Below, piece by piece: positions 49,809 through 58,775 of a DNA stretch of 64,000 bases. A program made the position numbers and the translations under genes. The stretch spans positions 256,001-320,000 of the forward strand of contig CBDCJH010000002.1 in the NCBI GenBank assembly GCA_965217775.1, written 5' to 3'. Origin of the DNA: Acidobacteriota bacterium (GTDB taxonomy: Bacteria; Acidobacteriota; UBA6911; RPQK01; JAJDTT01). Under the pieces are notes generated by a model that saw nothing but the letters and a program-made list of their open reading frames with translations, made no database searches and had not been told where the DNA came from. How positions within the stretch are numbered: position 1 is the stretch's first letter; every line of letters starts with the position of its first letter.

Positions 49809-50900
49809 ATGATGATTGTCGACACTCACGCTCATGTCTGGCCGCATCCTGGCCGTGATGAACATGGAACGGTCGAGGAGCGGATGCGATTTCAACAGCG
49901 GCATATGCTCTGGCACATGCAGGGGATTCGCCGTCTTTCCGACCAACATCCGGTGAACAGGCGAACACTGGATGACGGCCGGGGCACCGGCCTGAGCAAC
50001 ATGTTCGATGTGAACTTCCGCCCGGGAGAGCATGGCCGTCTGGTCTGGACCCATGAGGGCGAGGACTACTTCGTTCAATGGATGCCCGCCGCATTACAGG
50101 CATTCGAGGCGCCGGCCGAATTGATGATCGCTCAGATGGACGGGCTCGGTGTCGACGTCGGCGTCATTTCGCGGGCCCACATCTACGGCCGCCTCAATGA
50201 CCTGGTGGCGGACGCGATGAAACGGTTTCCCGGCCGCTTCGTGGGCGCAGCCGAAATCGACGAATGGCGGGCCTATGAAGACAGCCAGATCGCGGAATTG
50301 ACCCGATGCGTGGAAAGCCTCGGGATGCGGGCGCTGTATTTCGACGGCACCGAGTCATTCTTCATGGTCGATTACAAGACGTTCTATGACCAACCCGAAT
50401 TCAGGACGTTTTGGCAACAAGTCGCCAGGCTGCAGATTCCGATCCTATGGCACCTGCGGTGCCGCAACGAACTCAGTCCGGCTGATTTTGCCAATGAGTT
50501 GCAGGTTTTCAGGGCATTTGTCGAAAAATGGCCGAACATCAACTTCGTCATCACGCACTGTTTCGAGATGAACCACTTCGAGAACGACAGGCTCAGCAGC
50601 CTCGTACTGGAGATCTGCCGCCTTCCCAATATCCATCTGGAACTGCTGTTCCCGATCATGAACGGTGCACGTTGGGAGTATCCGTATCCCCAGGCGCAGG
50701 AAATCATCAAGCAACTCTATGCTGAAATCGGCGCCGGTAAGATCATGTGGGGATCGGATATGCCGGCAGTCGAGCGCGTTTGCACCTACCGCCAGTCGTT
50801 GGACTATCTACGCTGCCACTGCGGCTTCATCGCCCCGGACGACATGGAAAAGATCCTGGGCGGCAACGCGGTGAAGCTGTTCGGTATCGACGGACCGTAA
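49809..50900 (+). CDS. Amidohydrolase_2 family protein
   Basis: IVDTHAHVW, IMWGSDMP, KILGGNAVKLF. Confidence 0.87.
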   Translation: MMIVDTHAHVWPHPGRDEHGTVEERMRFQQRHMLWHMQGIRRLSDQHPVNRRTLDDGRGTGLSNMFDVNFRPGEHGRLVWTHEGEDYFVQWMPAALQAFEAPAELMIAQMDGLGVDVGVISRAHIYGRLNDLVADAMKRFPGRFVGAAEIDEWRAYEDSQIAELTRCVESLGMRALYFDGTESFFMVDYKTFYDQPEFRTFWQQVARLQIPILWHLRCRNELSPADFANELQVFRAFVEKWPNINFVITHCFEMNHFENDRLSSLVLEICRLPNIHLELLFPIMNGARWEYPYPQAQEIIKQLYAEIGAGKIMWGSDMPAVERVCTYRQSLDYLRCHCGFIAPDDMEKILGGNAVKLFGIDGP

Positions 50901-50939
50901 ATCGACGCCGTATCCAGGCCGCTGCAGAGCCCCGCTCTA

Positions 50940-51100
50940 GGAGCCTGCGCCGCAGAAATTGATCTACTGCGAAAGCGGTAGAATCGGTCCAGATTTCCCC
51001 GATTTCTCGGCGAATAGAACAACTATGCACCTCCAAATCGAGAAAATCTGGCCTCGATTCCCCACTTTCTCGCTACGATCATTTCTACGGCGCAGACTCC
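50940..51100. repeat. ~161-bp palindromic MITE-like element
   Basis: Terminal IRs GGAGCCTGCGCCGCAGAAATTGATC and GATCATTTCTACGGCGCAGACTCC, plus inner arms CCAGATTT..CGATTT..ATAG / CTAT..AAATCG..AAATCTGG. Confidence 0.75.
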
Positions 51101-51107
51101 AACAGAC

Positions 51108-52322
51108 TCAGTTGGGTTCTCCACTCGCAGTGTTCCCGATCAGACCCAGTTTCTCCCATTCCTGCAACTGCTGTCTGATCGGTTCCACCATCTTCGGATT
51201 GCGATTCACCTGCAAGAACTGACGAAACTCACTGGCAGCCGCGGCAACATCCCCTTTCTTGACCATGATCATTCCAAGAAGGTAATGAGCCACGGGGTAG
51301 TTGGCGGCCTCACTACTCTGCCTTACATGACGAATTCTCTCTTCCGCCAATTCGAACTGTCCCAATGAAACACCCGCCACGGCGTTAAAGTAATAAGCTT
51401 GTGTCATATCGGGGCTGAGCTCGATGACTCGACTCGTAAGCTGGGCCACATCCTCCCACTCCTGTCTTCTCACCTGGATCTTGGCAAGCGTGAGATAGGG
51501 AGTGATGTAGTTCGGCTCCTCGGCCACCGAGCGCCGGAATGCCTCACGGGCTCCGGACCCATCCCGAAGCGCCAGTCGGACTTCCCCCAGAAGGTTCCAG
51601 GCCTCTGCAAACTGGGGATACCGTTGTACGGCTCGTTCCAGACTCCGTGCCGCCTTCGAATAGTCGGTCTTTTTTTTCCTGAGTTCTTTCACTGCCTTGT
51701 CAAAGGCTCGTCTCGCCTTTTTCGGAGCTTGCAGAGTGCTCCTGCTGACGACTGTCCCGTAACCGCTGTCGAGTCGATACAGAACGATCAGCCCCACGTC
51801 CGGATTGTCCAACGACTTGCGGACTCCCAGCGGAACGATTTCGGATCGAAACCCCGGCAAATTGGCTTGCAACTCGCACGTCGCCAGGTTGAGCGAATCA
51901 AAGCTCAACGGATGACCACCGCCAAAGTTCTGTTCCTTGGCGCTGATCTTTCTGGCATTGGAGCCGAAGAGATTGGACGGAGCTGTCGAAACACTGGCGT
52001 CCATGGAGGCTGTCGGAACAACCTGCCTTGAAGTTCCTATTTCGAAACTGAAAGCACCGCTGGCCGAGGTGTAGCTTTGCCGGTACACGGAGCCGTTGCA
52101 AACCAAGTCGACGAGAACTTGCTCGGTCGGCACGATTCCATCATCCGTAACGACTTTTCCCTGAATATAGACCGGTCTTTGGCGGCGACCCTGATCAATG
52201 GTCTGCCCCTCCCTGCGGAACTCAGGCGGTTTCTTTTCGGACGGTTCTCCCTGTTGCTGAGCTGCGCCAGACGCCACCAGGAAAGGGAGTAGGCAAACGG
52301 CAATAAGGGATATCTTGAGCAT
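51108..52322 (-). CDS. Secreted protein with N-terminal beta-sandwich domain and C-terminal TPRs
   Basis: Signal peptide, IQGKVVTDDG...C...C domain, APKKARRAFDKA linker, TPR units. Confidence 0.8.
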   Translation of the reverse strand: MLKISLIAVCLLPFLVASGAAQQQGEPSEKKPPEFRREGQTIDQGRRQRPVYIQGKVVTDDGIVPTEQVLVDLVCNGSVYRQSYTSASGAFSFEIGTSRQVVPTASMDASVSTAPSNLFGSNARKISAKEQNFGGGHPLSFDSLNLATCELQANLPGFRSEIVPLGVRKSLDNPDVGLIVLYRLDSGYGTVVSRSTLQAPKKARRAFDKAVKELRKKKTDYSKAARSLERAVQRYPQFAEAWNLLGEVRLALRDGSGAREAFRRSVAEEPNYITPYLTLAKIQVRRQEWEDVAQLTSRVIELSPDMTQAYYFNAVAGVSLGQFELAEERIRHVRQSSEAANYPVAHYLLGMIMVKKGDVAAAASEFRQFLQVNRNPKMVEPIRQQLQEWEKLGLIGNTASGEPN

Positions 52323-52551
52323 CGACGACCTACCTTCGTGGATGTGCTTCAGAAGGCCAAGACCGTATCGCGCTAGTAGGATACTACTCCTCATGCCGCC
52401 ACGATGGGAAGGAGAAAATCGGAGAAACCACGGTGGGCAGAGGGTCAGGTCAAGCGGTATTGTCTGGGCGGTCCTTTGCCATTTGGGATACCAGTGACGG
52501 CCGACACCTGAAAGGTTTTAGGTCCGGCCATCGAATATTTTGGGAATTATA

Positions 52552-54210
52552 TAGTTCCCATCCGGAAAGCCGTAAGTTATTGGGAAATAAAGAGTAAGGA
52601 GGTATTTTCAAGCCCCGGTTTTGTCATAGTCATTTGTTATTCTATTGGTCCCAAACGCAAGAAACCAAAAGACTTACACAAAACCGAGGGCTTGAACAAT
52701 GCGTCGAAAACGGCAACCCCAGCGTCCGCTTTCCGGCCTCTGGCCCGATCACCGACTCGCCCAGGAACTGAGAGCCGTTTCCAAGATCTTGGACGACAAC
52801 CCTTCGATCCTGGAGCTGGTTCTACACGATCTGTGTGACACCGGCAGTTCCGGCCAGGGGGCTCCGGGATTCTCCGCAGAGCAGGTGCTGCGCTCGGCCA
52901 TCCTCAAAAACTGGCATCAGCTGTCCTACGCCAAGTTGGCGTTTCTCTTGAGCGACTCCCAAAGTTTTCGTCGCTTCGCCCGCCTGCCCTGGCACTGGTC
53001 CCCCAGCGCCTCCTGCCTCCAAGAGAACATCAGCCGCATCCAAGCCTCCACCTGGGGACAGATCAACCGGCTCCTGGTCGGTTGGGCCGACCGCCAGGGA
53101 CTGGAACGGGGCCGCAAGATTCGAGCCGATGCCACCGCGGTGGAAAGTCACATCCCCTATCCGACCGATTCCCAGTTGCTGTCCGACGCGATTCGGGTCA
53201 TCACTCGAACCCTTCGCCGGTTGTCCCGGCGTCACAAGATCGTTTTCCATGATCACCAGCTCCGGGCCAAGCGTCGCTGTATGAACATCCGAAACCACCG
53301 AGGGGCGCGGCGCCGGCGAGCGTACCGGGATCTGTTGAAGGTCGCTCGCAAGACCACTCATTACACCCGGATGGCGCTGCAGCAAGCTCACCTGTGGACG
53401 GATCCCCGCAGCCAGGTCAGGGCCGGGAAACTGCGCCATTACTTGGACTTGATGACGCGGATCATCGATCAGACCGAGCGCCGTGTCCTGCACGGGGAGT
53501 CGGTTCCGGCCCAGGAAAAGGTCCTCTCTCTGTTTGAGGAGCACACCGACATCATCAAGAAGAAACGGCGGGAAACGGTCTTCGGGCACAAGCTGTACCT
53601 GACCGGTGGCGTCTCCGGCCTGATTCTGGATTTCGAGGTCGTGCGGGGGAACCCCAACGATGCCGCTCAGTTCCAGCCCTGGCTCAAGCGTCAGTACGAC
53701 CTTTACGGCCGCTGGCCTCGACAGGCCAGCTTCGATGGGTGCTTCGCCTCCAAGGCCAACCTGCAGTGGGCGAAGGACCAGGGCATCCGGGACGTCGCCT
53801 TCGCCAAGAAACGCGGGTTGAAGGTTCGCAAGATGGTGCGCTCGAGTTGGGTCTACCGGCAACTGCGACGCTTTCGGGCCGGGATCGAAGGTTGCATCTC
53901 GATGCTCAAGCGAGTCTTCGGTCTCCGACGCTGCAACTGGAAAGGCTGGGCCCACTTTCAGCAGTACGTGGGCCTCTCGATCACCAGCTTCAACTTGCTG
54001 GTCCTGGCCCGCCTGCTGCTCTGAGCGCAGCCTTGTAATCGATTGCCAGACGGCGGCTTTCAGGGACCCGTGTGTCCAATAATCCGTGCCGCCCCCCAGA
54101 GGAGTCGACATTCTTGCTGCCGACCCCAGTCGGTCCCACTTTATTGCGGCTTCTACACCTTGCCTCACCCTATCCAATCCCTGAAAATCGGACTTTCCGG
54201 GTGAGAACTA
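52552..54210 (+). mobile_element. ISNCY/IS5-like insertion sequence
   Basis: Imperfect IRs TAGTTCCCATCCGGAAAG and CTTTCCGGGTGAGAACTA flank one transposase gene. No clear direct repeat. Confidence 0.85.
52699..54024 (+). CDS. DDE transposase (ISNCY/IS5-like)
   Basis: RADATAVESHIPYPTDS, EKVLSLFEEHT, FGHK, SFDGCF, FRAGIEGCISMLKR. Confidence 0.92.
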   Translation: MRRKRQPQRPLSGLWPDHRLAQELRAVSKILDDNPSILELVLHDLCDTGSSGQGAPGFSAEQVLRSAILKNWHQLSYAKLAFLLSDSQSFRRFARLPWHWSPSASCLQENISRIQASTWGQINRLLVGWADRQGLERGRKIRADATAVESHIPYPTDSQLLSDAIRVITRTLRRLSRRHKIVFHDHQLRAKRRCMNIRNHRGARRRRAYRDLLKVARKTTHYTRMALQQAHLWTDPRSQVRAGKLRHYLDLMTRIIDQTERRVLHGESVPAQEKVLSLFEEHTDIIKKKRRETVFGHKLYLTGGVSGLILDFEVVRGNPNDAAQFQPWLKRQYDLYGRWPRQASFDGCFASKANLQWAKDQGIRDVAFAKKRGLKVRKMVRSSWVYRQLRRFRAGIEGCISMLKRVFGLRRCNWKGWAHFQQYVGLSITSFNLLVLARLLL

Positions 54211-54453
54211 ACTAGTTCTTGGAATTGGGCTTCCATAGAATCAGTCTACTCGTCGGGGACCCACACTCTTAGCGGGCCAAAGTTTCCCGATTTTTGGAAA
54301 CATTCGACCCATTCCACTTGTCAAATCGTCTTACTCTCCTATTCTCAATCGCTTGCATTAATGACGCCCCGAAATTTGGTGAAACTCCTGGGGCAAAAGA
54401 GCCAAGCTGGCGATCTTGGCCGAACACATCGAGCAGGCGGCGAAACGCATCTA

Positions 54454-55930
54454 GCAGCCCGTGGCAAAAGGCCTGATTTCTCCGGCTATTGTTCTTTCTG
54501 CAAGCTGACGCGGAGATGGTTTATTGATGGGTCCGAGAAGCTAAAACTGCAAATCGAGCCGGATCGCCGCGCAAAAGCGCTCCCAGAGCCGATTCCAGCC
54601 GATCCAGTGGCCCATTTTCGCCGAAAAATGCGTAAAAAGCCGGCCCCGGATGCGGCCCTGGAGACTTCGAGGCGTACCCACCCCCGTCAGGTGGCGCATC
54701 AGCAATCCCAGATTGAATCCACACACATGGATCAGCAGTCGCTTGCGCACGTTCGCGTGGCCCCGGACGAAGATCCGACGCAACCCTCCCGTGCCGAACT
54801 GGTGCGCGAACGGTCGCTCCACCAACTCGCTCCGCTGCCGTTGCAACCGTCGCCCCCGCCTCCCCCGGATTCGTCTCCGAGCGCGCGTACACCGGCGCCT
54901 GGTACTTCCGGTTCTTCCCCTTCCAGTTCCGCCGGCCCCGATCCGTTTCCGACAGATACCCCCGCAGCCCCTGCTCCTTCAACCCCAGAACCGTCTCGTT
55001 GCTGTGGTAGCCCTTGTCGGCCACCACTTCCCGGACCTCCGCTCCCGACCCGACCGCATTCACCTCCTCTTTCGCCATCCGGAGCGTTCCACCCATCGTC
55101 TGAGTGTCCCCCAACTCCTCCGGCGCCGTCACCGCCACCACCGCCCCCGTCTCCAGGTCCACCGCCTCTTCCACCTTGTGTCCCAATCGGGTCCGCCCGT
55201 CCTTCAGCTTCGTGATCTTCGCGTCCGGATCGTGCGGATTCACCCATTCCTTGTTGCTCGTCTTCTTCTTGCGCTTGCGGTCGAATCGAACCAGTTCCTC
55301 CCGGGTCGGTGTCGGGACCCCCGAGGCTTCCGCCAATCCCCTCACGAACGTCTCATAGTCTTTCCCCGTGTCCCGGCGCACCAGGCTGCGCATCGCCGCG
55401 TTCGCTTCCAATGTCGTCGCGTCGATCCCGATCGTCTTCCCCTGCACCAGTCCCGCGTCCGACAACTGCTTCAGCACCCAGCGGAACACCTCCCCGTGTG
55501 TCTCCACGTCGATCCGCCGCCGCGTCCGCGACAAGGTGGAGTGATTCGGGGGCGTCTCCTCCGGATCCAAGTCCAGAAACGCCCGCACACTCATCGAATC
55601 CGCCACTCGCCACGCCATGGCCCGTTCCGAGTTCAGCCCTTCGAAGTACCCCACCAGCAGCATCCGGAAATACCGTCCGGGGCGCAGACTCGGCCGCCCG
55701 ATCCCGTCGGCGTAAAACCGCGCACACAGTCCTTCCACGAAGGCGTCGAACCCCACTGTCTCCAGCACTTTGTTCAATCGCTCGTAGAAGGGATGCCCCG
55801 GACTCCGAGGCAGTTTCTGGGTCGCGACCCACATCCCTCGCTGCCGCCCTCCAGACGGTTTCTTCCCCATGGCCATAATGTCATTTTATGTCAGAAATCT
55901 GACTTTTCCCGGACTTTTGCCACGGGCTGC
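54454..55930 (-). mobile_element. IS5/IS1182-like insertion sequence, copy 1
   Basis: Perfect IRs GCAGCCCGTGGCAAAAG / CTTTTGCCACGGGCTGC, each flanked by TA in a CTAG context. Confidence 0.9.
54541..55876 (-). pseudogene. Frameshifted DDE transposase (copy 1)
   Basis: GRPSL, IDATTLEANA and VADKGY lie in one frame; the catalytic VERPFAH region lies in another. One extra base near 54880 (GCG CGCT CGG). Confidence 0.8.
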
Positions 55931-56376
55931 TAGGGGGATTCCCAATTTCCGTTTCTACGCGATTGCCGATGGGATCAAGCATTTCTTGTTTGGCCGGGCC
56001 ACTGGGGTCGGTCCGCCTCGACTCGATCCTTGCGCGAACCTGCTTCCCTTGTTCTCCTGGACCTCCAGAAAAATGGGGAAAGTCCGGCGACCCAGGTATT
56101 GACAACTTGGTACGAAGCAAGTAAGAATAACTGCACATTTGTGGTTACTGGCCACTATCCTCGGAGCCTCGTCGCAAATTGGCTAATATTCCTCCAAGAT
56201 ACCGCGCACGATCCCGGAAAATCCTTTTCTCCCAAAGAACCCATGGCGATCCGGGACGGACGGAGTTTGCAGGCTGCAGGATCTCGACTTATGCCAAATT
56301 GCAGGTTCTAGTTCATTTGCCATCAGCGACAAACATACATTGAACGCCGGATTAAAAAGGGTAAGGAGTACGGAAG

Positions 56377-56964
56377 ATGGGTGAAAATACACCAGCACGA
56401 CACAAGAGTAAGTTTTGGAATCAACCAATTGTCATCGGGATAACGGGCGCTATTGGAGGCGCACTGCTCACAAGTGTGATCGTCACAATTGTTACAGTAG
56501 TTACGTCGAAGGGCGAATTAGTGCTCACACACAGCGATATTGACGTCAAGGCATCTACAATCAAGAAACTTGTAGATGAACATGAAAAGGCAATTAAAAT
56601 ATTTGAAGAAACTGTACAAGCCGTGACGAAAGAGCTGGACGCTGCTCGCCGCCAGTTGTTAGAGCAGAGAGCTACTGGAAAAGCCACCCGCAATATGGAA
56701 GGCCAGCGGATTGGGAGGAATTTAATTTACATTAACCCGTACAGTGATGCTCGGCGCTTCGGGATTAATGAGACCGTCAACATCTCAAGTCAAGGAAAGA
56801 CCGTGCGTGCCGTGGTCGCAGGAACGATCGACAATGCAGCAGATCCGACCAATGTTTGCAAGTTGAATGTCGATACGGCCGAAGAGTTGGGTGTTACTAA
56901 ATCGGACGGGATTGCACTAGTGACGATCGGCCACGTTTTAAGCGAAAAACCGGACGAAAAATAA
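56377..56964 (+). CDS. Hypothetical single-TM protein with coiled coil and beta-rich C-terminal domain
   Basis: AAGGAG RBS; hydrophobic stretch at about residues 18-42; heptad-like segment; visibly AT-richer than host genes. Confidence 0.7.
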   Translation: MGENTPARHKSKFWNQPIVIGITGAIGGALLTSVIVTIVTVVTSKGELVLTHSDIDVKASTIKKLVDEHEKAIKIFEETVQAVTKELDAARRQLLEQRATGKATRNMEGQRIGRNLIYINPYSDARRFGINETVNISSQGKTVRAVVAGTIDNAADPTNVCKLNVDTAEELGVTKSDGIALVTIGHVLSEKPDEK

Positions 56965-57018
56965 ATTAGTGGCACCCTTATTTTGGGGATTATATGCGAA
57001 AGTGCCGAAACCTGAGCA

Positions 57019-57201
57019 TTAACGCCGGTTCCGTGGCCGGTCTATCCATCTGATATTCACGGGCTGGACCAATGCACGGGCCAGCTCCTCGAAGTCTGCT
57101 TCCACGCGCATATCCGGTTCCAGTTCGGCCTTGGTCGGTTGGTAGGAATCCTTGACCAGTTCGATGGTGGGATGTTGGGGATTGTGTCTGGGTTTCTTCA
57201 T
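57019..57201 (-). CDS. 60-aa hypothetical passenger protein of IS1595
   Basis: ATGA overlap with the upstream frame; ends just inside the IR; protein-like composition (YQPTKAELE...FEELARAL). Confidence 0.6.
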   Translation of the reverse strand: MKKPRHNPQHPTIELVKDSYQPTKAELEPDMRVEADFEELARALVQPVNIRWIDRPRNRR

Positions 57202-57700
57202 GCGGCCCTCGGCATCCTAGGTTGCTTCCCCTCAAAGGAGTCTTCCGGCGTGATTTGAATCTTGGGCAGGTCCATGAAGCGTCCGGCGTTGACGGCGGCA
57301 TTTCTCATGCCGTTGGTCACTCGGTCTCGAAAGCAGGTGAAGATGCCGAGATCAGCTCCGGCCTGTTGACGTGCGCCGTTGAAGGCTTGGACGTGTCCGG
57401 GATTGGTAGAGGCGCCTTTGACCTGAGAAACGATGTCAATGAACCGGCCCTGGCGGATCGGGAGCCGTCCCACGCCGTCAATTCCGCCATGCCGTCTCTA
57501 GATTCGGTTCGGCTCCATACCGTCCACCAGAGCAGCAGCCCACCTCTCAAACCGGAATTTATCGATGCTGGCAAGCTCCTGAGCGTGTGTGATGGTAGGG
57601 GGAAGGCCAATGTATTGGGTGTGTTCCCAACGGATTCGTCCGGGACATCCTCCCGCATGACTTCAAGGTTGTCTCCAAAGCTCAGTCGATTTTCGTTCAA
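57198..57700 (-). pseudogene. Decayed DNA methyltransferase-restriction endonuclease (Mrr-like) fusion
   Basis: N-terminus FGDNLEVMREDVPDESV jumps near 57627 to another frame reading ELASIDKFRFERWAAALV...*...GGIDG...IVSQVKG...LGIF. Internal TAG at 57498-57500. Confidence 0.75.
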
Positions 57701-58648
57701 CCCACCAAATCCTTGTAACGCAGCCGCTTTCCCACCATCCGGTCAGCGACCAGGGCCATTTGATCCAACGTGTCCATGCGCCTTAGGTTGTGACGTGCGG
57801 CAAACTCTCCAACGTATCGGTCGCTGTGCTGTTCCGAGAAGTGGTGAAAGGTTCCGTGGTAACTCCGCTTCAACATGGACCAGAACGATTCGGCTCCGTT
57901 GGTGTGGCAGTGGCCTTTGACGTACTCCTGAAGAGAATGTCTGACCGTCTCGTGATTGACAAGCCGACCGTAAGAGGTTGAATCGTCCGTGTAGATCTTG
58001 GCATCTTCTCCCACGTGCTCCAAGACGAAACGGGAGAGGGTTTCAGACTTGGTGTCAGGGACGACTCGGGCCGACACTTGGTTGGAGGGGCGATCTTTGA
58101 CGGCAGCCACGGCCGTCTTTCCAACGGCTCCACGTCCCTCCAGTTTGGCGCGTTTGGCCTTCGGCATATTCTTCCGCTTTCCGCCGAGATACGCTTCGTC
58201 AGCCTCGACCGGGCCGGAGAACAGGGCCATTCCAGTCAGGTTCAGACCTTTCCGTATCCGGTGAGCAAGGTGCCAAGCCGTCTTCTGTGTGTACGTCCAG
58301 GTCACGATGCAGCTTCATGGAAGAAACGCTCTTGAGGCTGGTAGTAAGGAGGTAGGTCGCAAGCAACCAAGTCTGATAGCCGAGTTTGGAGGACTGCATA
58401 ACCGTCCCGACCCGGACGCTGAACCGCTTGCCGCAATCGCGGCAACGATACGGCATGGAAGGATGCTTGGCTCCGGTCTGGACGTTGGTGGAGCCGCAAT
58501 GGACGCAACAGACTTCCTCCGGCCACCGCCGCTTTATGAACCATTCCTCAGCGGCTTTATCGTCGGGAAATCTCTTGAAGAATCCGCGCAGTGAAAGTCC
58601 CTCTCGGAACGCCTTTCCGGGTGCCTTGTTCCGTGTCTCGTAACTCAT
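57697..58648 (-). pseudogene. IS1595 transposase with one frameshift
   Basis: Zn ribbon CVHC...CRDC, SSMKLHRDL | TQKTAW, VEADEAY, IYTDD, HTNGAESFWSMLKR. Extra base in the CACACA tract near 58290. Confidence 0.88.
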
Positions 58649-58673
58649 TGCATCCTCCTGACTTACAAGACAT

Positions 58674-58702
58674 ATTCTATAGGAAAGTACCGGGGTTGTC
58701 AA
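58674..58702 (-). promoter_or_regulatory. Sigma70 promoter of the IS1595 transposase
   Basis: TTGACA (58702-58697), 17-nt spacer, TAGAAT (58679-58674), then AGGAGG RBS at 58659-58654. Confidence 0.85.
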
Positions 58703-58775
58703 CCCCTACGGGCAACCTTTTCGGAACTTTCGTATATAATCCCCCTTATTTTCGATGGGGGATTACTAACTTAAC

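Larger units (their letters stand above)
56985..58744 (-). mobile_element. IS1595-family element with passenger genes
   Basis: IRs GGGGATTATATGCGAAAGTGCCGAAA / TTTCGGAACTTTCGTATATAATCCCC; 8-bp direct repeat CTTATTTT at 56977-56984 and 58745-58752. Confidence 0.92.

Noticed and set aside
54361-55215. Pro-rich ORF apparently interrupted by or fused to the IS
   Set aside because: Mostly antisense read-through of the transposase. Joining the flanks after removing the IS gave no convincing protein.
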